A DNA stretch of 64,000 bases from Mizuhopecten yessoensis (taxonomy: Eukaryota). The stretch lies in the NCBI RefSeq assembly GCF_002113885.1, contig NW_018407955.1, positions 833,649 to 897,648 of the forward strand, in the 5' to 3' direction. Each line of letters begins with the position of its first letter. Within the stretch, counting starts at the first letter, position 1. Made by a program: the position numbers and the translations under genes. This document shows, one piece after another, positions 38,004 to 48,470 of this stretch. The notes below the pieces were generated by a model. The model did no database searches. It saw nothing but the letters and a program-made list of their open reading frames with translations, and had not been told where the DNA came from.

Positions 38004-40406
38004 ATGGATGAGTATAGTAATGACAATCGCCATGGAAACAAAAGGAAGCCAGCCATCCACAAATCTTCAAAGTCTGGAGCGCACTCTCAGTCGAGTGGTG
38101 TCCATGGTAATAATAGTCGACGGTCATCTGAGCCACAGTTGGCCACCAGAGGGAGTGACATGTCTAGAGAAAGAAAGGATAAGGTCAAACCTTCGAACCA
38201 TTGTATACAAGATGGTCAAAATGGTGCAGCAGGCGAGGGAAGGGACAGAAACTCTGTCAGACAAAAGCTTGACTCAAGTGATGGATCCGACGATCAAGGC
38301 ATCGGCAACAGGAGAGATTCCGGCAGGAGTAACCGTGCAGAAAGATCTAAAAAGTATGCCACCTGGGACAAAAACATGCAGAAACGACGAGCCAAAGTGT
38401 TGCAGCTGCAACAGGAAGGGCAGACAAGTGCTGATGATACCTTCATCAACAAAAAGGGGAGGCAACTCCCTGACAACTATTACAAACTGTCACGGAGTAT
38501 CTCAACAGACCTGGCAACTTTGCGCAACAAGACTCAGATGCTGCAATCAGCTAGTGTTTACAACACAAGCGGGGATATGTCAGCGCCATATACCCAAATC
38601 TCAAAATCTTCTTCCCAGAGTCAAAAGACTTCAGTCAACAATCACTGGCAGGCATTTGACCAATCAAAACACAGTAACTTGTACAACTCGGCAGGGACAC
38701 AGAATAACTACAGTGAGAACATTCCTAAACAGCGGACCATGTCTCTCGGTGACGTACGACGGTCAGCTTTTTACCGCATCAACTCAAACACCCCTTCCAT
38801 TCCCTCCTCACCCTCCGATCACAAGGACACATACATTGACATAGACAGCCTCATAGCCAATGACATCCACGCCCATCAAGCGGAAGAGAATGAAAGGGCC
38901 TTCCCGACACTGGAAGGGTACAGACGTCACGGTTTGACACACAGCTTTCCCAGTGCACCCTACACAACACTAAAACATTTAAGTGAGAAAAGTATATGTT
39001 CCTCTTTGCTAGGATTAATGATGTTCCTTATAGCCGGCTTTGTGCTATTTCTACCTCTGGCAGCCATCTTTCTAATTCTATGCCCCTTGTGTTTCTTTGT
39101 GAAGAAAATATTTTCATGCTGTTGTTGCTATGGAAAAAAGTGTCAATGTGGAACTCTCCTATCTCCAAAGGAGAGAGCATGGGCAGAAAATTTGGAAACC
39201 AGCACCGTTGTGTACCAATGTGTTGTTATAGTGGAGTATGGTCTAACGACCTACAAAATACGGGAGTTGGTGAGAAATCGACTAATAAAGGCAACAGATA
39301 AAAATGGCAATAGATTATATCCAAAATTTACAAAGAAAATTGTGAATACTTTTTCTGGCCCATCTTGGATTCAGGATGAGGCTTTCCTAATAAACAACCA
39401 CGTTTTTAATATGCCTTCCTCCATAGAAAATATGGAGGACCTCCAGGAATATATATCAGAATCTAGCTCGAAACCTCTCTCTATGCACCATCCTCTGTGG
39501 GAAATCCAGGTTCTGACCGACTTTGCCGATCAGCGAGACACGGTTGTATTGTTGCGCATTCATCCATGTATCGCTGACGGAATCTCACTCGTACAACTTC
39601 TGTATAAGGCTATTGTGGATATGGAGTCCATCACCATCGCTATGCCAAAGTTCTCTAGTCGTCGGCGTTTCTGTAATGCCGTCCAGGCATTCTTCAGTGG
39701 CCCGTTGGTTTTTTTGAAACAGTACGTGTTCAAAAAGCAAGATTTTAATATGCTGCATGGCCAACACATCCACGCCACGGGCAAACAGGTGATAGCTTGG
39801 TCAGAGCCGTACAGCCTTGAGCAAGCCACACGTCTTTCTCAGGTGACGCGTTCCACTCTAAATGACATCTTCCTGTCTGTCACAGCAGGTTGTCTACGTA
39901 ATTATCTGCAGACGAATGGAATTCCGAATCCGTATGACATGCAGGCCCTGGTACCTGTACACTACCATTCGGGACCCTCACCCCTTCATCTGCAAAACAA
40001 CGACTGTCTGTTTATCCCCGTCTCTATTCCTTCAAACACAGAAGGTGCCATCCCTCGACTCTGGCGGGTCAAACACATCATGGACAAGATTGGTAGTCTG
40101 GCTTTTTTCTCGGTCACACAAGGGGCCCATATGTTGTCTTCGACGATCTTGCCCCAACGGTGGTTGTATTCCATGTGGCGATCCCTGTATAGTAAGTGTA
40201 CATTTGTCATTTCTGACCTTCCAGGGCCCGAGACAACCTTGAAAATAGCCACTAAAAAAATCAAGTCTGTAATATGCTGGATGCCACCAATCCACCAGGT
40301 TGCTGTGGCGATCTCCTTCTTTACCTATGCTGACCAGGTGAGGATGTCTGTGATGGCTGACCGGACAGTCTTGCCCAACCCTGAGATGTTGACCAGGGAT
40401 TTCATT
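38004..40406 (+). CDS. Large exon of a WS/DGAT-family acyltransferase gene (wax ester synthase / acyl-CoA:diacylglycerol acyltransferase-like, PF03007 plus PF06974/DUF1298-type core). N-terminal part is low-complexity, followed by one TM helix and a Cys cluster. The 5' boundary is uncertain: the first in-frame ATG is at 38004, and a possible splice acceptor (ttgtatattgcag) lies at 37962/37963.
   Basis: 829-codon open frame. Residues align to Acinetobacter AtfA hallmarks: PLW...IHPCIADG (the HHxxxDG position, 39561-39581), TLNDIFLSVTAGCLRNYL (AtfA TINDVVLAVCSGALRAYL), ISDLPGP (AtfA ISNVPGP, 40209-40229) and AISFFTYADQVRMSVMADRTVLP (AtfA ITMTSYLDKLEVGLIACRNALP). The exon ends exactly at a phase-0 GTAAGT donor (40407-40412), three codons before the ORF stop. 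Confidence 0.8.
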
Positions 40407-40976
40407 GCCATCGTAAGTATTTTGATTGTTTTGAAGTAAGTACTGCCCTTAGTGATACGATTTGGAAAATATTTTTTTCAATAATGATGCACGGTCATTG
40501 TACTTTTAATATGGGATTCTACTTAATTATTTTTACTTCATGTATCTTCACAAACCTATGTAATCTAATGATAAATGCATGCTTCTGTAATGTTAGTCAG
40601 ATAGCCTTGTAATCACAGATGTAATCACATAGCTCAACCAAAAATCCATTTTGGTTTGAACTCATCAATTGAGGGGACGACCCATTGATCAGTGAAAAAG
40701 TAACTGACAGGGGTCACTGATGAAATCAGTAAATTGAAACAAGCAGGACATGATATTTTGGCATGATTTCCGACTGTGGTCAAGGTCATGTATTAATGAC
40801 TTTTGACATTTCATAGCATCTTGTATGCGAGTTAGCGGTTGGAGGTCATTGGGGTATAATTGTATAGTCTTGTGACCAACACCCCTCCCCCACTCCTGCA
40901 TTTCTATTTATTTAGGGTTCTTGTCCCAGTTTTTCGAAGCCCAACTAGCTAAATCAGTCATAAACAAAAAATGTTT

Positions 40977-41068
40977 TAACTCATTCACCCCTGAAGACGC
41001 ATTTAAACTCTTCCAGTTCAAAGGTTGGAATAGTTCATTATGAAATTTCAGGGGTGAATAAGTTAAAT
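40977..41068. mobile_element. Palindromic MITE, the best-preserved copy (TTAACTCATTCACCCCTGAAGACGCATTTAAACTCTTCCAGTTCAAAGGTTGGAATAGTTCATTATGAAATTTCAGGGGTGAATAAGTTAA). It lies in the putative intron 1 of the WS/DGAT-like gene.
   Basis: 19-20 bp perfect inverted termini that include TTAA. Confidence 0.8.
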
Positions 41069-41837
41069 GATAAAAATCTCAGAATTTTTACTTCAACAGG
41101 GGAATTGCGGGATAATGTTCTGGTGAAAAATCCTTAATATGCCTTCCTCAATATATTGCCAAACCACTTTACAGTGATTTTATTTCTTTAATTTTACAGC
41201 GGTCTGTTCCTACACAAATAAGAAATTAGAGAAATATTTGTATTGAAACTGGGAACATATTTCTCATTTTTGATTAATTTTAGGAAAATAAAACATTTTC
41301 TAAGGGGAATCAGCCTGTTTTCAACTGTTTAACTAGGCTGGAAAGGTGGCGGCAGAATGATGAGGTTTCATTATTTTACTATCTCAGAAAATAGATATTC
41401 CTAGCATAAATAAAAAAACACTTACTAAGGGGAGTAACTCCTACTGAATGTAAATGTCGTCAGACATCATGTTTGATCCCCCCCCTTATACCTTATACCG
41501 GTATTATCAATTCATAATCAGGTTTTTTGGGGGGGGGATGTGTGGGGGGTTGATTGGCCTTTATAGGTATGTGGTATGTAGTTTGTTAAATTTGTTACAT
41601 AGGTTTCAAGCAGGTAATATGAGTTCATATTACCTGCCTATGACCTATATCACCAATATTATTGTTAGAAAAATATGAATTTTTGCCAACCCTTACATGT
41701 ACAACATGTGATGTCGGGTGAAAAGTCTTTAAACAACCAGCATAAAAGCACTCCCTGTTTACTCAATTTTTATCGAGATTTGTAAAACCGCTCTACAGAT
41801 TGTGAAGATAACACTGTGTGTACATTGTTGTCTCTAG

Positions 41838-41954
41838 ATGGATGACCTGTCCAGTTTACTGGGTAATCGAAGGATTCCCGGAGAACAACTCTCCAAAAAA
41901 ATGGAAGTGCACCAACTGGACTGTGAAATTCATGCTGAGCCCACTGTGGAACAG
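41838..41954 (+). CDS. Putative exon 2 of the WS/DGAT-like gene (39 codons, MDDLSSLLGNRRIPGEQLSKKMEVHQLDCEIHAEPTVEQ). Phase 0 at both ends.
   Basis: The pyrimidine-rich acceptor ttgttgtctctag ends at 41837 and is followed by the donor cag|gtaagtag at 41955. The frame is open and its phase matches the exon 1 donor. By the AtfA alignment it supplies the about 15 residues still missing from the C-terminus of the acyltransferase domain. The overlapping minus-strand ORF 41856-42083 is judged spurious. Confidence 0.55.
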
Positions 41955-42884
41955 GTAAGTAGATGCATAGGTGGTTAATTGTGCCATTGAAACAGGGTTT
42001 TTCTGCTGTATAGACATGAAAGAGGGGATAGACGGGGGTGGGGTGGGGTAGGGAGGTTGGGGGATGAACCGGACAGAGTGCAACAGAGAGGTATAAAAGA
42101 AAGGTAGAGGATGAGTGAAATAAATAAGATTAGATGATATAAAAAATACTTATTGGTAAAACTTCGGTTATTTAATTTCTTGAATGTTTGTGAAAGTGAA
42201 ACAATGCCAGGCTATTTATAGAGATTGATATCTATTATTAGAACATGCTTGTATTATATCTTCACTGTCAGTTGATAATGGGGATAAAGTCATCAACAAG
42301 TTGCAGACATTTCAGTACACTATGTGTTGGTCCTGTTAGCCTCAAGGGTATATACAATCACACCAAAGCTGTATCAGTGTCGGTTTTTTCTTTTTTTCCC
42401 CAAGTGACGGTTCCTTGCTGCAGTGTCGGCTGCTCAGCTGGCTTGTCAGCGATTCCACCATCTTGAAGAGAGCAGAATTTCTAGACTCTTATCATTTCAG
42501 TGATAAAAGAGAAAATCCTTTAACTATCTCTGTGGTATAAAGAAATAGAAAAAATTACCAGATATTGATGCTGCCTTGTTTACGTGATGGGAGGTGGTTT
42601 TGAAAACATGCATCAGCGCCTTTATCTTAACTTATAAAATATAGAGAGAACATTTAATAGTTACTTCTTAAATACCCTATATATTTCATGAGTTTGGCAG
42701 AATATCAATATTTATGGAAACTTAAGAATATCTTTGGTACTAGTAATATAACAAACTGCTTTAAGTTTCCCTGTCCCACTGAACTGTGTTTTTTAGCTCA
42801 CCTGGTCTGTCTCCTGTCGTCCTTCGTCCGTCCGTCAACTTTCTCTTTAAAACACTACTAGTCCTGAACAGCCAAGTAGATTTT

Positions 42885-43510
42885 GACTAAATTTGGTCTG
42901 GAGTATCCTTAGGTCAAGGGGACTCAATTTTGTATGAACGTGGGTGTTGCCCCCCTGGGAGCAGAGGGGTGGGGCCCAATAGGGGAAATAGAAGTAAAAC
43001 CTTTTAAATCCTTCTTCTACTGTAGGGGTTAAGAGATTTTATTCTAATTTAGTCTGGAGCATCCTTGGGCCAAGAGGACTCAATTTGGTATAAACAGTGG
43101 GTGTGCCCCCCTGGGAGCAGAGGGGTAGGGCCCAATAAGGGAAGTGGAGGTAAAACCTTTAAAATCCTTCTTCTTCTGTAGGGATTAAGAGATTTTATCC
43201 TAATTTAGTCTGGAGCATCCTTGGGCCAAAGGGACTCAATTTTATATAGACGGTGGATGTGGCCCCCCTTGGAGCATTGGGTGGGGCCCAATAGGGGAAA
43301 CAGAGGTAAAACCTTTAAAATCCTTCTTCTACTGTAGGGATTAAGAGATGTTATCCTAATTTAGTCTGGAGCATCCCTGTGCCAAGGGGACTCAATTTTG
43401 TATAAACAGTGGGTTTAACCCGTCTGGGAGCAGAGAGGCAGGCCCAATAAAGGATATAGAGGAATAGCTTTAATATCCTTCTTCTTTCGTTGGGATGAAG
43501 GTATTTTGAC
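42885..43510. repeat. Tandem repeat with a unit of about 150 bp, about 4 copies (…GGTCTGGAGCATCCTTGGGCCAAGGGGACTCAATTTTGTATAAACAGTGGGTGTGCCCCCCTGGGAGCAGAGGGGTGGGGCCCAATAGGGGAAATAGAGGTAAAACCTTTAAAATCCTTCTTCTACTGTAGGGATTAAGAGATTTTATCCTAATTTAGTCT). It lies inside the putative intron between exons 2 and 3.
   Basis: Read directly. The unit is homologous to the internal part of the AGCTCACCTG-terminated dispersed elements at 42786, 54375 and 36950. Confidence 0.9.
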
Positions 43511-44189
43511 CAAATTTAAACAATAGCATCCTATGGAGAAGGGAAATCAGTTTTTTATAATAATAGTATATAAAATTAATATAATAGTATTTTAGCATAA
43601 CTAGAAGGTGACTTGTTCCTATATACAGTAACCTCCCTTATGGAAATCAAACAAAGTTTAATTGATCTACAAATCGTGGTAATACTTGCGTAAGATTTTT
43701 TCAGATGAATTCATGGAACTAAGTGTGTGCTTAATATACCAATGTCCCTCTAGAGTAAAACTAGAAGGTGACTGTTATCCTATATACAATGAAAATCTGC
43801 CACACTACTCCCCCTTTTTAAATGTGTTCGCCCTTGAACACCATGACAACCCATGTTCTAACTCCCTGTCACCACTGGGAGGGCCACCGAGACACCATTA
43901 GTGACAGAGAAATGTACTTCCACCAGGGGATTGAACCAGTGACCCTCAGCTTCCTAGTCCGCCACTCTGTCAATTGAGCTAAGGGGGAAAATTCCCTCTA
44001 GCACAAAGCTAAAAGGTGACTGTAATCCTATGTACAATATGAAAATCTGCCACACACTGTTTGCTGGTACTAAACCCAGTGGCCTTTATATTCCACGATA
44101 GTGCAAGTGCATCTTGTGATTAGGTTTCAAACTAGGGGGAAACTGGACTCTTGTTAACAAAAACTATGTGAATATGTTTTTCAGCAATT

Positions 44190-44278
44190 GAGTTCACCCC
44201 TGAAATTTCGTAATAGAATATCCCAACCTTTGAATTGGAAAAGTTCAAATGTGTCTTGAGAGGTGAATGAGTTAAAAA
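44190..44278. mobile_element. Palindromic MITE copy in the opposite orientation (…TTCACCCCTGAAATTTCGTAATAGAATATCCCAACCTTTGAATTGGAAAAGTTCAAATGTGTCTTGAGAGGTGAATGAGTTAAAA).
   Basis: Family termini and inverted internal order. Confidence 0.75.
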
Positions 44279-45052
44279 CCATCACGAAACAGTTCTATTT
44301 TATCTTTCTAGGTGCTTTGTTTTGGTTAATGATACATCCTAAACAAACCGCTTTACCAAAGATTGAAACAGACTTTATATTTTTGCTGGAACAGTGTTTT
44401 TTTTCTATGGTTACCATTTCTGTCAAGTATTAAACATCAAATACTCTATAGTTATATCCAAAATAAAATTAAGGGGAGTTAGCTGTATATACGTAAAACC
44501 ACAGTCCAGTGGGACCGGGATCCTTAAAGTCTGTTCAGTGGAAATGTACATATACCCGAACACCAAACGGTTTCGGGAACCACAAGAAACCATCTCTTAT
44601 CAATATTTAACAGCTTCACCATCAGTTATGAAATCATGGTTACCTTGTCTCATTTGATAAACTTGAATGAAATAGATGAAGAAAATGTATGAAAGTTTTA
44701 TTTTGAAAATTGGGACAGGTCAAATACTAATCTTATTGAAGTTTTGTTTTCACTTTTACTTCCTTTCTGCATGTGCACCCCTTTTTGTGTTAGCATTTTG
44801 ATTCACATAATGTAAATAGATTATAATACTACCAATGCCTGGCATTTTCTGTTGTGAAAAATTGTAACATGTGTAAATCACGAAAAAAAGATTCTGTCAA
44901 AATATGTACCAGTTACATAGAAATTAGTGTTAGATGTTTATCAGATGGAAAAAATGTCTCCGAAATATGCAATTTGAAATCAAGGGCCTTGGTAGTAAGT
45001 CAGCTTTGAGTTGTTTTCACGATTTTGTTGATTTCGTTATTTCGCACGTCAG

Positions 45053-45259
45053 ATCCAGATAAAGATGACCATCATACAGCAAGAAATACAGGAACTCAAG
45101 ATGCAGCTTGATCTCGATGGACGTCACACCAGCTCCGAGACGAAGCTCCGACGCAAGATAGAGACTTTGAAGGAACAGTTTCGGGAGATGATGGTTGAGA
45201 TGCGCCAGAGAAAGGCTGCTGAGGAGGAGAATGCCATGATTCTTACGGACGAGGATCCT
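45053..45259 (+). CDS. Putative exon 3 (69 codons): a charged, heptad-like coiled-coil segment (IQIKMTIIQQEIQELKMQLDLDGRHTSSETKLRRKIETLKEQFREMMVEMRQRKAAEEENAMILTDEDP).
   Basis: Acceptor tttcgcacgtcag|ATC and donor CCT|gtaatc, phase 0 on both sides. It coincides with six-frame ORF 45065-45289. Whether it belongs to the same transcript as exon 1 is unverified. Confidence 0.45.
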
Positions 45260-45284
45260 GTAATCATCTTATTATTGATAACTT

Positions 45285-46530
45285 TATAATCTGGAATTTT
45301 ATTAGTGACACCTTATTAATTGGACATCTCATAAGCAACAGCTGTATAATTTGATAACTCATTGATGATACCTGTATAATCTGACATCTCTACAATGGCA
45401 CCTGTATAATCTATCAATCTGATAACTCATTTATGATACCTGTGTAATCTGACATCTCTACAATGGCACCTGTATAATCTATCATCTTTTTAGTGACACC
45501 TGTTTAATACAACATATCAGTAATGACACCTGTATTATATGACATCTCATTAGTGACACCTGCATAATCTGACATCTCATTCATGATGCCTGTGTATTCT
45601 GACATCTCATTAGTGACACCTGTATAATATGACATCTCATTAGTGACACCTGAATAATATGACATCTCATTAGTGACACCTGCATAATCTGAAATTCCAT
45701 AGTTTCACTTGTATAATCTGACCTCTCATTATTGACACCTGTATAATCTGAAATTCTATAGTGACACCTGTTTAATCTGACATTTCATAAGTAACACCTG
45801 TATTCTCTGAATTCTCAGTAGTGACACCTGTTTTATGAAGTATCTCATTAATCAACCCTGTATAATCTGACAACTCATAAGTGACAACTCTTAAGTACAG
45901 CAACTCATTACTGATACCTGTATAATCTGACATCACATTGGTGACACCTGTATGATCTGATACCTGATAAGTGACACCTGTTAAGTCTTACATTTCATAT
46001 ATAACAACTGTTTATTCTGGCATTTCATAAATAACACCAGTATAATCTGAAATCTCATTAGTGACACCTGTATAATATTACATCTGATTTGTGAGACCTT
46101 TTCAATCTGACATTTTATTTGTGGCACCTGTATAATATGACTTCTCATTTGTGACACCTGTATGATATGACATTTCATTAGTGACATCTGTATAATATAA
46201 CATCTCATTTATGAGACCTTTTCAATCTGACATCTTATTTGTGATATCTGTATAATATGACATTTGATAAGTGACACCTGTTTAATTTGACATTGCATTT
46301 GTGGCACCTATTTAATCTGACATATCATTAGTGACACCTGTATAATCTGACATTTCATTAGTAACACCTAAATAATCTGACATATCATTAGTGACACCTG
46401 TATAATCTGACATTTCATTAGTAACACCTGTTTAATCTGACATCTCATTAGTGACACCTGTATTATTTGACAATAAATTAGAGACACTTGAATAATCCAA
46501 CATTTTATTAGCAAAACCTGTGTAATCTGT
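45285..46530. repeat. Minisatellite with a 30-bp unit GACACCTGTATAATCTGACATCTCATTAGT, about 40 diverged copies.
   Basis: Read directly. Explains minus-strand ORFs 45981-46208 and 46368-46709. Confidence 0.95.
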
Positions 46531-47059
46531 ACCCAATCTTTACTCATAAACATTAATAGTTGCAATAATAATTTCGGAATATGGTTTGTGTGGCAACAAG
46601 TGATGCTTTTGTCTAGAGGGTGTTTCTTTCTGGCATTTTTTTTATATTTGTAGCCTGACTCTTGCCTAGCAGTGCATGTGTCTGGCTCATTACAGGACAA
46701 TACAATCAACTTTAGTTGATACCGTAGGCTTGGCTTTCCTAGATCAATAGTTAATGCTTAATTTGGCTCTGCTAGTTTGAATCTAATGTTTGTGGTGATA
46801 AAACAACATATGTATTTCATTTTCTGACTGCAACAGTAAATTGACTAGATTTAGCAAACAGAATTATTATTTATACATATAGGGTTACCCATTGGCCACC
46901 AGACAAAATTATTTGTCATATAAAACTGTGACTTTCAGACAAAATTTCTGTTCAGAGGTGTACAATTTCATTTTCAGAGTAGTGAGGAGAAGGCAGATAT
47001 GAAAAATTCTTGTAGTCTGACATACATTTTCATAGAAAATATTGAAATTTTTTACTTCC

Positions 47060-47115
47060 CTCAGCATTCAACCCTTAAGTCACATTTGAACCTTACCAAA
47101 TCAAAGACTGGGCCT
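47060..47115. mobile_element. Partial palindromic MITE of subfamily B (CAACCCTTAAGTCACATTTGAACCTTACCAAATCAAAGACTGGGCC).
   Basis: Matches 7395-7445. Confidence 0.55.
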
Positions 47116-47329
47116 CTGTAATTCTGAGACAAAATGATCACTTTTAGACAAAATCCTTATTGCAGACAAAAGGTGACTTTCCTACAAATTATTAATGTAA
47201 GAGAAAAGCATCAAAATAGATTCTCTTGAAAGTTGTTAGAGAAGATAGGTTATCTCTCCTGTTGTAAGTCAGGCAGTTCGTCAGATTCATTATTGTACAT
47301 TATCAGATGAGTGTTTTTCAATGTGACAG

Positions 47330-47500
47330 GAAATTGAGGATGATGAGGACAATGACCTTCGACGACCTTTCCGGCGCCGAACACTGTCTGTCAGCTCCCG
47401 AATGTCCCGAATGTCTACCGTCTCCACTTCCTCAACTGCTCGTCCTTTAGCCTCACCATCGGTCGTTATGGACATGTACGATCCCGATACTTGGTCACAG
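47330..47500 (+). CDS. Putative exon 4 (57 codons): acidic stretch followed by an Arg/Ser-rich segment (EIEDDEDNDLRRPFRRRTLSVSSRMSRMSTVSTSSTARPLASPSVVMDMYDPDTWSQ).
   Basis: Acceptor tttcaatgtgacag|GAA and donor CAG|gtttgt, phase 0. The minus-strand ORF 47290-47475 over the same bases is less plausible. Confidence 0.45.
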
Positions 47501-47757
47501 GTTTGTACTCTCGTTGTCTACCGTATTTGCCATAACTAGTGCGCAGGGCGATTAACATATTAGCTTAAATCTCACTTACGAGGATAAGAAAATGACATAA
47601 ATCTCTGCTTTAATGTTTGAGCACTATAGATCATCATTGACTAGGGGCCTTGTCAGGTTTGGTAGGGGAAGGGGGTTAGGGGGGGGGGTATTATTTGTAC
47701 ATTAGTTTTGTGTCTAGGCCATAACTTATAGACTCGGTTGTTGAAAACCTGTTCAGT

Positions 47758-47848
47758 TTAACTCATTCACCCCTGAAATTTCAAAATGAACTATTCCATT
47801 CTTTGATTTTGGAAGAGTTCAAATGTGTCTTCAGGGGTGAATGAGTAA
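47758..47848. mobile_element. Palindromic MITE copy in the opposite orientation (TTTAACTCATTCACCCCTGAAATTTCAAAATGAACTATTCCATTCTTTGATTTTGGAAGAGTTCAAATGTGTCTTCAGGGGTGAATGAGTAAAC).
   Basis: Family termini. Confidence 0.8.
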
Positions 47849-48319
47849 ACTACAGTTTAATACAAATTCATGAAAACCATCAAATTTTCTATTTCTTACA
47901 TTTTACAAAAATGTTACAGTATCAATAAGTCGGGGAATTAAGAGTGCAACATAGCAGTATTAAAATGTAACATCATGTTAATTACATATGTCAGTCACTG
48001 TATACTATGGACATAATGCTAGGTATTTAGTTACAGCATTATAAGGCCCTGTTGCAAAAAAAAAAATGGAAACACTAAACCATTTATTTGACCCTTGACC
48101 TCAAAAACCACAACAAAGGTTTCTGGCTTTACTCATCCAACGTAACAAGAAAGAAAATGCAAATTTAGCAATTTGGATTATTTCCTTTAGTGAGTGTTTT
48201 TGTTTCAGAGAGGAACAATGTAATTTTCTATGGTAGTTTTTTTTCTGTTTTCAAAATTCTGACTTTAGGGAATGATAAAAGGACACTAAAAGAATGCTAA
48301 GTGTAGCGGAACTAGACTG

Positions 48320-48400
48320 GGTTGCTCTAGGTGACCAGGTAGCTCATTTGGTGAGAGTGTCCGTTTAGAGTTTGAGGGTTCTGGGTTTCCATGCATTTCC
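48320..48400 (+). mobile_element. tRNA-like SINE head fragment (GACCAGGTAGCTCATTTGGTGAGAGTG…GGTTCTGGGTTTCC) within the putative last intron of the WS/DGAT-like gene.
   Basis: A-box/B-box-like motifs shared with 12237 and 28290. Confidence 0.5.
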
Positions 48401-48470
48401 CTTTCTCCTGTTACACAAACAATATGGATGTAAAAAAAAGTGACATCATCTTGTATTAAATATTATATAA

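Noticed and set aside
38008-38844. 278-aa ORF in an alternative frame overlapping the WS/DGAT exon, plus the minus-strand ORFs 38274-38476, 39560-39829 and 39986-40295
   Set aside because: These are shadow ORFs inside a long bona fide coding exon. Only the 37950-frame shows family-conserved motifs.
45981-46709. Minus-strand ORFs 45981-46208 and 46368-46709 (…IIQVSLMRCQII…)
   Set aside because: They are translations of the 30-bp GACACCTGTATAATCTGACATCTCATTAGT minisatellite.
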